A DNA stretch of 64,000 nt, from assembly GCA_951406725.2 (NCBI GenBank), contig OX597815.1:148118001-148182000 (forward strand). The letters run 5' to 3'. Positions 41,221 through 55,293 of this stretch are shown here, in pieces; the stretch's first letter is position 1; each line of letters begins with the position of its first letter. The stretch comes from Octopus vulgaris (taxonomy: Eukaryota). The notes under the pieces were generated by a model. The model was not told the origin of the DNA. It did not search any database and worked only from the letters and a program-made list of their open reading frames with translations. The position numbers and the translations under genes are program-made.

Positions 41221-41540
41221 ACGGGCTTCTTTCAGTTTCCGTCTACCAAATCCACTCACAAGACTTTGGTCGACCCGAGGCTATAGTATAAGACAATTGC
41301 CCAAGGTGCCACGCAGTGGGACTGGACCCGTAACCATGTGATTCCTAAGCAAACTACTTACCACAGAGCCACTCCTATACCTGTATGTGTTTACGTCCCA
41401 GTAACTTATCGGTTCGGATAAAGAAACTGGTAGAATAGATATCAGACTTTGAAAAGTCATACTGGTGTAGATTTATTCGACTGCATAATCTTCAATTCGG
41501 GACCCAGGCATGGCCGCAGTCTAATGGTGAAAATAAATAA
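40671..41540. mobile_element. Nested family B SINEs: a minus-strand copy (40944-41383) inserted into an older plus-strand copy
   Basis: The plus copy breaks at gatgttggtgt (40940) and resumes at gtgtttacgtccc (41387). Confidence 0.8.
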
Positions 41541-41555
41541 AAATATAATATTGAC

Positions 41556-41710
41556 TTCCAAATCTGGCTCAAGGTCAGTAATTTCGGAGAGTTTGTTACT
41601 CGACTACATCGAACCAGCAGAGATGAAAGGCAAGGTCGACCTCGGCGGCATTTGAACTCAGAAAGTAAAGATCGGTGAAATGCCGTTAAGTATTTTGCCC
41701 AGCGCGGTAC
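41556..41710 (-). mobile_element. SINE family A, partial
   Basis: gatgaaaggcaaggtcgacctcggcggcatttgaactcagaa. Confidence 0.8.
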
Positions 41711-44700
41711 CAAAGGATAAAAGTTGACTAAATATGAACTTAGCGGTTACAAGTATAAAAAGTATTATTTTGCAATAGAAGAATTACAATATTTTATGAC
41801 TGAACGTACAGTTAAATGCGCAAAACCCACCCTGATCTATTGATTACACAGTTCGTGCACTGATCCTCAGAGTAATTTGTAGAGTAAATGAGCGAGAGTG
41901 TGTGGTTGTTGTTGTTGTTGAACAGCAAGACGGGTAAGGGTGATTAGGTGATGGTCTAGGGCTTAAGGCGGGAGACCTCAGACCTTGGAAAAAAAAAACT
42001 TTGGTCGTCTTCTTGCAGTCGAGAACTCTTCGTTGACGCCCGATACCACTGGGAGGTGGCCCTCGAAGTCACTGGAAATGGAGATATCCAGGTCAAAATT
42101 CTTGAGCGGCAGAGTGTGGGGGAGAGGGAGATAGTAACAAAGGGAGTGAAAGAGAGAGAGAGAGAGAGAATGAGATGGACCATTTGATGCCGAGTACATG
42201 AAACTTATAATGGAATTCTCCTCGTTAATAAGTTGTAGCGAGAAGAAGAGGGGAACAGGATAACAAAGCAAATTCATAATTAATGCAAGGAGAGAATTAG
42301 TGTAAGAATTTCGACAAAAATAATAGGAAAAATCGTTAACATCATTAATATCTATTAATTATTTCAAATTAATATCACTGAAAAATATGGGAAAATAGCA
42401 AGATCATTATTTGGTTAGAGGGAAAAACTCATTTGACGAAAAGTAAAAGCGCTATATAACGCGTCAAAAAACATGTACTTTACACCCATCCCCTTGCTAA
42501 TGATCGATATTTCACTTCATGGTTTCTCTTTCTTTCTCTCTTGTGCAACCTACATCACCCACCCTTCTTGCCAACTCAGCGAATTCATCTACGGAAGATG
42601 ACAGCTCAGTGCAGGAGCCATCAGACCAGGAAAGTAGTAAAATAGACATGTCTGTGACGCACCATCATGAGATTTTAATTTTCCCATTTAGATACGTTCT
42701 CTCTCCTACCCAATGAGCTCTATCTCTCTTCACGTCTCCTTACCTACATCTATTTCTCTTTCTGTCTGAATCCCCTTCTCGCTCTCAATTAGGTGATTTG
42801 TTTTGAAGGAAGTCGGCCAGTTCGCTTAGAGATACCTCAGCTAGATGTAATGCTACATGTGTGTTTGAGGCACAAGATGCGCACATTCCCCCCATTCAAA
42901 AACTTATCCATTTATATCACAGAAACCTAATATGCTGACTTCTCTTAGAAACATTCGACTTGTGGGAACTCACTCTGAGAAAACGTCACCAAACTGCTAT
43001 CCTTAAATCTGAAGCATTACAGATCATGTGATTTCCAACGTGTCATATATTGTATTTATTTCCTCTTCATTTCGTGAACTTTATAGAACTACTATAAGTA
43101 TTCACCTGTATATCGTTGCCACTATAGGTCGCATTTGAGAAACTTAACATTTATTTAATTAACAATCAGGGTGCATAGGTTTCTCTCTCGTATTTAATAT
43201 CACTATGTTTGTAATTTGATTAGTTGGTGTCCCAAACGGCCGTAGAACGGCAACAGAGCCAACAAGCATGATTCGCCAAATTCAGAAAAGAATTAAAGTT
43301 GGAAGAGCTTTAATAAGCGTCAAACACTTTAGTATAAAAATGGGCGGAAAACTTACGTTTCTACCAATGCTAAAAGTAACATTTCTTACAGAAGTAATAA
43401 ATAACGGATTGTATGCAGGAAAGGGAGTGTAGCAGAGAGGAATTGAGGACATACTCTGAGATTTAAATGAATCAAGGCGACGACAAAACAAATGTGCTCA
43501 ACCTAATGCAGACTGGAGTTGATTTAGTTGAAACTAAAATTTCACATTGTATTGAAAATTCCGCTGTCAGCTCACATTGAATACAAAGTGTGTGAATGTC
43601 ATATGATCACTGCACTAATACAGTAAGGTATTCTATACAATATTGTGCAAATAGAAACGATGCATTGCAAATGATCGAAAAGAGGTTGTCGTGTGACTGT
43701 ACATTATATGTGGAAAAAGATATAAGAATATATCAGAGTACGATGACGTAATTGTTATGGTGTCAAACCTCTCTGTAATTTAGACAGCCAGCAGAACTTT
43801 GGATGACTACCAGTAGGTAATAGGAACTTCTATTAAACGGAACATACCTGTGGACCAGCAATAAACTCACGTCCACGCGGGACGGCTCGTACTTTGTCTG
43901 GATCGAGGTTCGGTATAATGTAAAAATTCAGGTACATGGAACCAAGGAAAAATGCTTGGTCAGTGTTATGATGAGATAGATGAATGTTCTAAAAATTTAC
44001 ATACTAAATGCAATTTGCAATTCTTTGTGCACTTTTATTTCCACATTTAATTTTTGATTCTTCACATTTTCCGTTTCTATGATGTCTAGTTTTTCTTAAG
44101 GAATATTTCCTCTATCCAAATCGAAAACCAGATACACAATTTAATTTTTACAGCTTTTATAAATGATTGTTTAAGTTCTCTCTATTGTTTAAGTGTCCAT
44201 AATATTGTTTCGATAAATCACGTCAATAACTCCATCATCTTAACACGTGTGTTATTCAGTGTGTTATTTCCTTACATACGTGAAAAAGCTAAAGTGTTTC
44301 TTAGATACATTATTGTAGTTCTTTGTTATACATTTATTTTCAGGAAATAGATTGGAATTCCATAATGTGTATTTGATAAAAGCTCCCTCACAGAAACAAA
44401 ACAACCAGATATTAACTGAGGTAAATGGGTACATATTACCATTGTTTTCTTATTTCATTGATGTATTGAAATACATTTTAGCTCAGTTTAAATGGAATCT
44501 AATCGTGTTTTTCTTTCAGTTGTGAATATTATTACAACTTATTAAATGAAAACATTGGATAATATCTACCAGTCGGCGCCGTTTAATTATTTTTTAACAT
44601 TAATCTAATACCTATAATCTATTCGATTGTAACATTTTCTTTCGTTTCAGTGTACTCAATTTTATAATCTTCACTGCTTTCATGCTCGTGTTGCTGTTAG

Positions 44701-45399
44701 AGAAAACAGCATTCCCGTTTTATGTTTCTGTTTACCTATTGAAAACTGATATTTCAAAAGTGTTTTGAAGAGAGAATTTGTTTGACGTCAGTTATTGAAG
44801 TGGCTATTGTGTTATACGATAAGTTATGGCCGTTTTATGGCTGCCAATGGAGTTTAACAACTTGTTTTTCACTTTATGTCACATACAAATGCTTGCCAAC
44901 GATTCTTTTTGTACTTCGTTAGTTGCTTTCAGCTTGAGTGGTAGTAGCAGTTGTGGTGGTAGAAGTAATATCTCTATTTCATTTATGGTGGTGGTAGTAG
45001 TAGTAATTAATGTGGTTGTTGTTGGTGCTGGAATTTTCGCTCTTCGTTTTTTTACTTTTAGATACATAGACAAAAGAAACAACGGTCGTAGGAGACACTT
45101 AGATCTTATATTCTCTGCGTATGGATGGCCCTTCAGCTTTCGTGAAATATTCATTCATCAAATTGTATATCAAATATATATATAAAATCCAGCTTCATTG
45201 TAATCGAAACTTTTGATCTTCAACGTCGATTTGAATCCAGGAAGCAATATGTGACCACAAAAAGAAAGAAATTTGAGAGGACATACATCACTACAACTAC
45301 ACTGGATGCATTATGCTCCTAGAATTTTTCGTGTTTCTTCGTCGAGGGGCTTTTCAAATATTTTTCAAGCAAAAATATAGCAAACGTCTAAGAGTGAAG

Positions 45400-45622
45400 T
45401 GTTGATAAATAGCACAATGTAAATATCAGACAAAATAGATATATTTGTACATGTGTATCTGCTTGGTAATTCCACACAGTCGCGTTGTTCGGATTATTCA
45501 CACACATACTAATTCCTTTCTGTCGACGGGCGCAGGCTCGAAACGTAAACGACATTTTCATTATACCGAAAGTCAGACTAATACACCTCTCTTCGTCGTT
45601 TGTTTTCCTACGGATTTCAACT
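45400..45622 (+). mobile_element. Penelope-LTR-like fragment with a decayed HHR (45520-45548)
   Basis: CTGTCGA c gggc-gcag-gctc GAAACGTA; ends in (CA)/(TA)n; similar to 55130-55297. Confidence 0.45.
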
Positions 45623-45682
45623 ATACACACACACAAATACATATATGTACGTACATATATATGTATACATATGTATATATAA

Positions 45683-45717
<35 letters not shown>

Positions 45718-45744
45718 AACATATGTATATTCATATATATAGAT

Positions 45745-45775
<31 letters not shown>

Positions 45776-45978
45776 CATACGCGCACACATATACATATAC
45801 ATATATATATACATGCACATATGCAGATATGCATGCAGGTAAATGGATAGATAGATAAACGGATATATCAATGTTTGCTTTTATATTATTATAATAAAGA
45901 AAAGCATGTTTACATTGATGTAAAGTGTTAGCCGACAATTTTGTAGAGTATATATTTATTATTCTTAAATAGGAATAA

Positions 45979-46170
45979 GCGCAGGAGTGGCTGTGTGGTA
46001 AGGTGCTTGCTTACTACATGGTTCCGGATTCAGTTCCACTGCGTGGCACCTTGGGCAAGTGTCTCTTCTACAATAGCCTTGGACCGACCAAAGGCTTGTG
46101 AGTGGATTGTGTTGACGGAAAATGACAGAAGCCCGTCATATATATATATATATAATTATCAAGTACTCAC

Positions 46171-46217
<47 letters not shown>

Positions 46218-46477
46218 AGTTGAATGAATTATCCTAGTATGGATAATTCGGTTAACCGATATCCGGGTAGGAAATTTACGTCAGAAATCACGGTTGAAGC
46301 TACATGCCAAGGGCAGAAATCACGTGCTTTCGTGTGGAAATTTCTGTGTTTTTTTACTATAAATAAATGAAAGAATGGAGTCGAACGACGATTTAACAAA
46401 ATTCCTTTATTCTCGACATATGTTTCGAAGACTGCATATTCTCAATTCCGAAGGAATAAATGGTGCATTTAGCCGCC

Positions 46478-46553
<76 letters not shown>

Positions 46554-46752
46554 TTGTATATATTTGCGTGTGTTTTTGACAAGAAATGCTAGTCTGTTCA
46601 TGTCCCCGTATCTTAGCGGTTCAGTAAAAGAGACCGATAATATAAGTACTAGGCTTACAAAGAATAAGTCCTAGTGTCGGCTTGCCCGACTAAAGGCGGT
46701 GCTCTAGCATGGTCGAAGTCAAATGACTGAAACAAGTAAAATAATAAAGGAG
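45979..46752 (+). mobile_element. SINE family B carrying a 270-bp insertion in its internal (TA)n
   Basis: 5' half 45979-46140; 3' half 46570-46752. Confidence 0.88.
46213..46482 (-). mobile_element. Penelope-LTR-like fragment with the 3' half of an HHR
   Basis: Minus strand gtcttc-GAAAC-ATAT-GTC-gagAATAAA; the CUGANGA half is missing at the (TA)n junction. Confidence 0.5.
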
Positions 46753-47499
46753 TAATCGTAGTGTCAGTGATGACTTGTAAGTTTAAACTTCTTAATCCAT
46801 CGTCGGACTGAAATGCATTAAGTTACTATTTGGCGGGATAATTTTTCTTCGGGGCTTTTGTAGTGTACAGTTGAAGGAAATTACGTTGTTAGATGAAAGA
46901 TTCTAGGATTCTAGGAAAGGGTTTTGAAAAAACTTACTGATGAAATTTGGAATTACGTTTTGTTAAGGTTTTATTCATGCGAATAAAACTTTGTAAACAA
47001 GTATGTTTAACTGTGACAGCTTCATAGACAGGTAGGTAGGTAGGTAGATAGATAAATATATAGATATATACAAAGATAGATGGATAAATAGGTAGATATA
47101 TAGATAAATAGATAGATAGCTTGACAGATAGATAAACAGATAAATAGATAGATATATAGGTTATCAGAACATTTACTATTTTACCCTTTTATAATGCAAT
47201 GTAAACAGTATCTGTTATAATATTATTACAAATTTAGGATTTTAACAATAGAGCCGCAACTCATAATTCAGGATAACCTGATTGTATGGAATACACATAG
47301 AAAGTTATATCCAATAAAATAACATAATCATTTAAAAATTACCTACTATAAAATACAATAAAATTATTTGAAAAAATAATAGGAAACATATATATAAATT
47401 ACCTGCAATTGGTCTGTGTGGTACGAAGATAATTTTATCAACGCTACACCTACATGTGTTTCTGCGCTGGTGGGGTGTTTATGCCTAATACATAAATTC

Positions 47500-48474
47500 A
47501 CCAGTGCATCATTAGGCTATTTATCTTATTGTTATTATTTTTAACGGATTAAAGTTTAAAATACATATTAAATTAAGTCATATTAAATAGAAAAAAAAAG
47601 AATATAAATAAAAATATAATAAAAATATATAAATTACAAATATATTTTTAAAATTAAAAAAATGAAAAGTTAAAAAGTTTATAAAACTATATTACCGATA
47701 TATATAGAAAATGCTGTACCTAAAATTACCCCCAACGACTATATTATAAAGACATCAAATCGTACAACCTATCTATATAAAGATTACGGGAATTGATAAT
47801 TTAGTGTAAGATTTACCCCTATCTATACAAGTATAAATTACCATTTTTTAATGTCAAACGGAAATTAATTGTATTTGAAAAGATTATTTAGTAAAAAACA
47901 CTATATACGTTATAAATATATAGAAGGAATCTGATAGAAAAAATTACTGAAAATTAACAAAGGAAGAATACTTATCAACATAACGTTTAATCCTTCTCAT
48001 TCCTATGCAAATGGCTGCTCCCTCTGCCATGAGCTAAGTATTATGGGAATAACATAAATGAAATAAAATTCTCTGAAAAATTCCCCAAGAGTAAAAAATA
48101 TAAGAGATATTTAATTCAAGGGAAGATAACAACTATATACTCTTAAATCAAGCTGTACCTTGATTTTTTTAGGGTGTTTAAAACTTAGAGATTTATGTTA
48201 GATTAAATGTGGCCTGTCTATTCTTTTAAAGGTAATATTGCTTAATAAATTCTTGGTTCCTGATATATGCGTATCTAATATTAATATAAAATTCTATTAT
48301 AACTACAACTAACTATCTTCCTCATAAGTATTTAAGAGACAACATACTTGGTGGGGTGGGTTTATAATTTTTTATATTTTTCATTTTATTATACGTTAAG
48401 TTACACTTCTGTCAGAATTTTCGAAGGACTGATAAGGTTATCCTGAAATAGGAGTTGCGCTTCTATTGTTAAAA

Positions 48475-48478
<4 letters not shown>
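47500..48478 (+). mobile_element. Possible highly decayed Penelope-like element 3' region ending in an HHR-like motif and (TA)n
   Basis: SYANGCSLCHELSIM (48001-48045) resembles the Y..C.LC..E..I motif of PLE GIY-YIG C-termini; CTGAT-A agg-ttat-cct GAAA taggag-ttgcg-cttcta TT at 48429-48467. Confidence 0.4.
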
Positions 48479-48548
<70 letters not shown>

Positions 48549-48582
48549 TTGGATGTATACATATATATATATATATATATAT

Positions 48583-48879
48583 GTGGAGGCACAATGGCCC
48601 AGTAGTTAGGGCAGCAGACTCGCGGTTGTAGGATCGTTGTTTCGATTCCCAGACCGGGCATTGTGAGTGTTTATTGAGCGATAACACCTAAATCTCCACG
48701 AGGCTCCGGCAGGGTTGGTGGCGATCCCTGCTGTACTCTTCAGCCACAACTTTCTCTCACTCTTTCTTCTGTTGGCCTGCTCGCTTAGCCAGCGGGTTGG
48801 CGTTATTTGAAGGTTAAATAGTGCGAAGCGCATTGTGACCAGCGATGTTTAACATCATCTGATAGCCTGGTCAATCAAG

Positions 48880-48883
<4 letters not shown>
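48583..48883 (+). mobile_element. SINE family E (tRNA-derived head)
   Basis: tggcccagtagttagggc (A box), tgtttcgattccc (B box); bounded by (TA)n. Confidence 0.8.
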
Positions 48884-48928
<45 letters not shown>

Positions 48929-51900
48929 GTGTATGTATGTATATACATATATATGTACATGTGTTTGTATGTGTGTGTGTGCATGCATACATATCCCGAA
49001 CCAATGTGTCAGTAAGGCAGGTTTCCCAGATTCTGTGCTCTATATATTCCGCCCTGAATGAGGTGCCTATCCGCTCAGAGGATTGTTTATTTTTTCTTGT
49101 TGAATCAACTTGGGTAACATGAAATTAAGCGATTTGTTGAAGAACTCAACGCTTTTCCCAGTTCAGGAATCTAAACCATAATCTTCCCACCGTGAGTGCA
49201 AAACTGTAACCACGAAGCCACATCCCACCACCCACACGTATGTACAAACGCGCACATACACACAGGCATACACAAACACATACAGACAAACAATTTGTAT
49301 ACTCTAAATTAGGAGTCGTGTACAATAGCAAATAGCGTAGGTTGTGTCGAGCATCTGTATGCTGTCGCTTCACGTATATTAATTTAAGGTTGACTGCCAA
49401 TTTAAAAAGATTACAGTAACGCTAACATTTTCAAATGACGTGAGTTTGAAGCTGTTAAATATATTAGAAGATACGTAGCCGCTCTCTAGCTCTCAAGAGA
49501 TAAACTATATCGCTAAGAGGGATACGAGTAAAACTGGTTTGGATGAGGAAAATTAAAGGATATTAAATGGTATATAGAAAGAGAAAACTATAAGATTGGA
49601 GGCGTTTAAATATATGAATAATGCTTAAGAAAATCTAGTTAAAAGAATATTAGGTTGAAAAGCAATTACATTATTACATATGACAATAAACCCAAAACGG
49701 AAAGAAAGGAAAATGTTAAGAAGCGTTTGTGAATGATGTAGGTAAAAGACAGCAAATTACAAGTATATTTACCTGAATATAAGCGTAAGGATATAGATAT
49801 CGAAGTTTATGTGCCGACAAAATAAAGGAAAAAGGAATTTGATAAAAATGAGTGGTAGGATGCACGTGACATTGTATAAATTAGAGTCATGATAATTTAA
49901 TTATCATGACTTAACCTTAATAAGGTAGACAATAGAAAATTTGAAGTGTAATGTATGATATTGAAATACACGGTATATGTTGAAATAATATTAATTAATG
50001 AGACAATATATATCTGCATATTTATGTAGAGAGATATGTGTATGCGTGTGGTGTCCGCGTGTGTTTGCGCCGCTTTTAAACATACGCGCGCGCGAGAGAG
50101 AGAAAATACGAAGAATGAAGGCTGCACATTCATATTTAGCTTCTTCCTTTTGGAAGCGGGATGACATTTTGTTGCAAAAGCATGTCGGGAGAAAATTCTC
50201 CGTATATAACTACGTGGGACACTTGCTCAGTAAGCTATGAAGGATCTTATCTGTCTTAGTTTGCAACTGTTCCTGCCTCATTAATATTCCTCAGATATGT
50301 ACTTTAGACCCAATCAATCACTCATAGCTGTTAAAGAACGGTTGTTCGTATTTAGAAAGTGAACGAATAGCATATATGCTGATAAACACCCCATGGCATT
50401 TTATACTGAACGTACATAAAAGGAAGAGCAGGTAACAGTGTTGAATATAATTTTAGTGAGTAGAAGTATTTTCGCTCCATCATTTTCTATATTTAATATT
50501 TTCTTTTGAAAATGCTCTCAGAAATCATGCATAGTAAACTTATAAATTGCATAAAATCTTCCGCAATAGATTTTTAGTTTAATTCTGTTACTTTGCTGAC
50601 TTCGAAATTCTATATTTTGAGTTTTTTAGAATTTTTCTCCATTTAAAATTTCTACATTTTGGGTAAAATATACTTAAGTTAAAACTAAATGTCTTTGAAA
50701 GCATGATGACGTTAATAACATAATTCCTATTTTCATTTTCAGAAAATTAGACGCAATGTAATGTGATTTTAATGGGAGAAATTATTGAATCTTAGGTCGT
50801 CTTCCTGTGATATGTAAACATTACATTTATTTTAAAAAGTATTTTATTCCATATTCTATCATTTAAAAATATACATTAAACAATACTCACATTTACTTAG
50901 CTGACATCTTAAGAATTTTTCTACTCCAGTTTTAACATTAATCTTCAAGGTGTGTGTTACTGTCTGTGTGGATTGAATTCTCTTTGATCTGCGAAGAGAC
51001 TCAAACGTAAATGTTGTCCAATATGCTGATAATGACATAAAACCTGTCTTCGGCACCAACACTGCAGTGGGAAGATACATATCACCTCTGCTTAAAAATT
51101 ACTCGTGACTCTAATTTCTTAACAGAACAGATGTGCAGTGTGTAGGAAATTGCATTATCATTAGAGTAACTAAGTAATTTATGTCATGCGTTTGGCCAAT
51201 CAGATCTATGCATTCATCGTCAACTTTGCTACGTCTTTTCGACGATCACTAAATTGTGAGTAGCATTCAAAACCATTTCTGTAATTTATATTCTGCTGAA
51301 GATTCAAACTTGATTTCTATGATATCTTCTTATGATATATAAATATTATATTTATTTTAAGAAATATTTTATTCTACAATCTACAAATGAAATATATACA
51401 TTGTACAATGCTCACACTTACATTGCTGGCTTCTTAAACTTGATTTCTCTTCGATGTATTCGAAAGTTGAAAGTTAGATTATTATGACTCTGATGTCTAC
51501 TCCAACCAAATCTGTAATTCTTCGTTTAATCACATTTCTGGAAAGGTTATTCATAATTAATTTCCCCAGTATTTTACTAGCTTCTTGTGATAATAGCTTT
51601 TTTAAGTCATAGACCTCTCACATGGCGTCTTGCAAAAACTGCACGAACAAGTGAAGCCGAATATTATTTGGTATTCACGCACGAGTAGCAAAGGTAGAAG
51701 ATCAATAAAGTCCAGGAAAATTGTGTGAGTATGAAAAAGATTTGTAAACAATCGAACGACCACCTCCAGCAACCAGTTTAGCTGAATAATGCAGTAAAAT
51801 CATTATTATTCAAACTACTGAGAACTGTCATACTTCTTTTTATATGTCAAGATTGCCATTGATACGAAAATGGGAGACATTTTTATGCATGTATAAATTA

Positions 51901-53818
51901 TCAAAACCGTTGAACTTTACGAAGTGGTGGAGAAGTTTCCAAAAATCTCTGCTGAATACGTATCTTTTTCCAGCAAGAAGTTGCTCAATATTCCTTACAA
52001 TCTCAGGCGTTCAATTAAAATTTCCGAGACGAGACCGGAGGCTTGTTCGGCATTTTCCTATACTATAACAGAATAATGTGCAGAAGGCTACGAATTTCAT
52101 CATGAGGAGATATGAGAGACGGTTGTACATATTACTGGAAGCGATAATAGACAGTCGGTACCTGCTTGTGTAGTTCAATCGCAAAACGGTACGACACGTA
52201 ACTACAAAAACACCACAATAGCGAAAACAGCTAAGCCACCGACAGTAGGGAAAACAAATGAAATAATACAAGGGACAAATAAAAGATCACAGCTAAAAAG
52301 CAACAGAAAATGTGACAAGCACTTCATCAGTAGCAACTACAGCAACCAAACACGCCAAATAAAACTTTAGTAAATTACAGAACAACAACAAATTCATAAA
52401 ATATATATATCACAACAATATACGCTAAGAGTTTTAAAATTTAAGCGGTAAAATACAAAAGGCACACTCTTAGAGAAATCTACAGGTCACTAGATACAAA
52501 TCCCAAAGAAGAGTCGAGGTATTGCGGAGTAAAGTGGAAAAACTTATTTTACACCTGTCTTCATGAAAGTTATTCTTCACATTTAATTCAAATTACATTC
52601 ATTTCTGTAAGAAGGAAATATAATTCTTTTTTACCATTACGTTTTTGTTCTGGAAGTCTCCTTAAATGAAATCGTTTGTTGAAACGGATATTGTTATATT
52701 TCGTGATGGTCATTTTTTGCCAAATATACACTAAATATTCTGTCTTCACTTGTACTTCGTTATTGTTCTTTTTTTTTAGTCCTTTGTCTGATATATTTTC
52801 CTTTTCTGTTTAGTCCAATGAACTAAACAAAAAAGGTGGAGAAATGCGGGAACGAGAGTCACTGAAGAGGTCACAGGATGTGTGACGATGAATTTAAATA
52901 AGGGGACACAAATATAAGAAGAATAAAGCTGAAGTGAAGAACGAATATATAGTGTGTGTGTGTGTTTGTTTGTGTAATGAAATGACCGTCCCAAAACATA
53001 GAAATGTGTATTATCTCAAAATAATTTTGCAAATATAGAAGATTCTACAAAGGGCTGTATACGTGAAGGCATTTAGTATTCGATTGTAATAAAAGTTCAT
53101 TATTCAATGACCTCGCTCTTCTAGAAATACATCTGTTGAACACAAAAGAGTCACGAAATTCTGAAGAAACATGTACAATGACTCGGTTTTGAAACATACG
53201 ACATTGACGCGTTATTCTTTTGTTTAGAACAGGGCATCGGAAAATAAATCTCGTTTCAGAAAACAAAAGATTACGTCTTGTTATTCGGGAACTTATTGCG
53301 TAGACATACGAAACCCGATGAAGTTATAGAGTTTCACCTATTTGCCACTCACAAGGCCTCTCCACCTTTTGTTCGTGGCAGAAAAATATAACCGAACGCA
53401 CGTCTTCAAATAACATATCGCTCTCTAACAATTAACCTGCATTGAGGTATATTTATCCCAACATTAAGGACCTGATAAATATTTCCAAGGTATCAGAACG
53501 AGGTCCACGTCAATATTATGTATTTTAATATCTGTTAACATATTTCCATTGCAGTAGATTCTTAAAACAGAATCTGCATATGCATATGTATGCATGTATT
53601 CATGTATGTGTGTATATATATTTATGGGTGGATGTATGGATATATGTATGTATACATTTAAGGACTTGCCTGTATGTATAGGAAATTGATAGGTATTTAT
53701 ATTCATATTGACACATACATATATGTCATCAAACACATGAACGTATAACTACACCGAAATACAACAAATATATGGTGACATTTATATATGTGTGTGTGTA
53801 TCTGTGCGTGTATACATA

Positions 53819-53855
<37 letters not shown>

Positions 53856-54464
53856 GTGTGTGTTTATGAGTGTGTGTATTTTTATGTACACGTACACATG
53901 CGTATAAGCGCGTGTGTAACTTAACGAATGTTCAGTTGTAGATATATATCTATTATTATTCAGTTCTATAAGTATGTAATGATATGTGCAACAATACGCA
54001 TCACTTATTATATCTAGAGCTTCTCCTTTTTGCTAATATAACATAATTATTCTACCTTGAGCCAGCATTTCTTTTCTTCCTTTTCGTATTATGTTTCAAT
54101 TCATTTTTCTGTTTTCAAATTTTGTATGAATCTCAATATACACTTCAGATGTGTTTGTGTTTTCGTCTCTCCATCTTCATTTTTCTTTATGCTTCTTCCA
54201 TTATATGTTATTTCAATATCAATATTTCGAAACATAATATTCGCTTGTTTTTGTGCAGATATATCTTTTTGTATAAGATTTTACTTTCAAGTTGCCTTAT
54301 GAAAACAATCCTTTGTATATATAATGTATACACTAGTCCTTTAAATGTTCGGTGGGTGATTTGCATCCACACGAAGTGTATAGAAGGGATACTGTGACAA
54401 TGCCAATTGCTTTGAATTTAACAATGAGGCAGTGATCTTCTTTACAGTTACGGGATTATAGATT

Positions 54465-54536
54465 ATGATGATGGTAATGATGATGATGATGATGATGATG
54501 ATGGTAATGATGATGTTGATGATGATGATGATGGTA

Positions 54537-54582
<46 letters not shown>

Positions 54583-54605
54583 CGAATATATGATGATGAT
54601 GATTG
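54465..54605. repeat. (GAT)n microsatellite
   Basis: Directly visible; produces the poly-His/Ile/Ser ORFs. Confidence 0.95.
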
Positions 54606-54984
54606 TGATATGGTGATGAGGATAACAACAGCGAAAGCGACGGCGACAATGGTAACGATGTTGATTATGATGATGACTGCGTTGAAAATAATTTTCATGA
54701 CAATTCCGAAGTCGATGTCGATAATGGTAGAATAATTGATGATTGTAAGTAGTCGTAGTTTTCACTTTGATGATGCTGGGGAGGAGGAAGCGTCTTTGAA
54801 CATCATGTCTCCGAAAATCATAAATCACGGTTCACTACCCATCCACACCATTTACAATATTATCAGGTGAACTATTCTGTAGTAAGTTGAGAATGCTGGT
54901 AACAAGAATAGTTAACGATAGTGAAGTTTCGACCTCCTAAATCATCAGCGGACGGAGATGCATTAAGTAAGTTTAGATATTATA

Positions 54985-55293
54985 TAGTGTTTCTTGAAAT
55001 AAAGTTTTCTGTTTGGTTTCCTTGTACCTTCTTCTCTTGCAGTCTCCTGTCATAGAAAGAACTTTTCTTCACTCATTCCCTTCCGGTAATTACAATATGT
55101 GACCGCGTGTGTAACGTTAGCGATATTATTTCTCCGTCTTCCTATCTTTGGACTTTTTCTATATTTTTGATGAAGATCTCAGCTCGAAACGTGAAGTTCA
55201 CTTTCTTTCCTTTCCTTTCCTGAGCGTCCAATAACACAGTTCTTTTACCACGTTCCCGCGCTGTTTTTTCCTGGTTGTTCTTGTTTGGATTGA

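Noticed and set aside
47560-47720. Very AT-rich tract resembling a mitochondrial control region (NUMT)
   Set aside because: No adjacent mitochondrial tRNA, rRNA or protein sequence is recognisable.
48583-48660. tRNA-like sequence with A/B boxes (also 30393, 36581, 61365-61438)
   Set aside because: These are SINE heads continuing into SINE bodies with no complete cloverleaf; not tRNA genes.
52862-52892. CTGAAGA g gtcac..gtgac
   Set aside because: Not followed by GAAA or stem III.
53161-53205. CTGAAGA...GAAACATACGAC
   Set aside because: Stems I and II pair poorly and there is no NUH triplet in register.
54922-54952. Minus-strand CTGATGA..GAAAC
   Set aside because: Stems I-III cannot be formed without using core bases.
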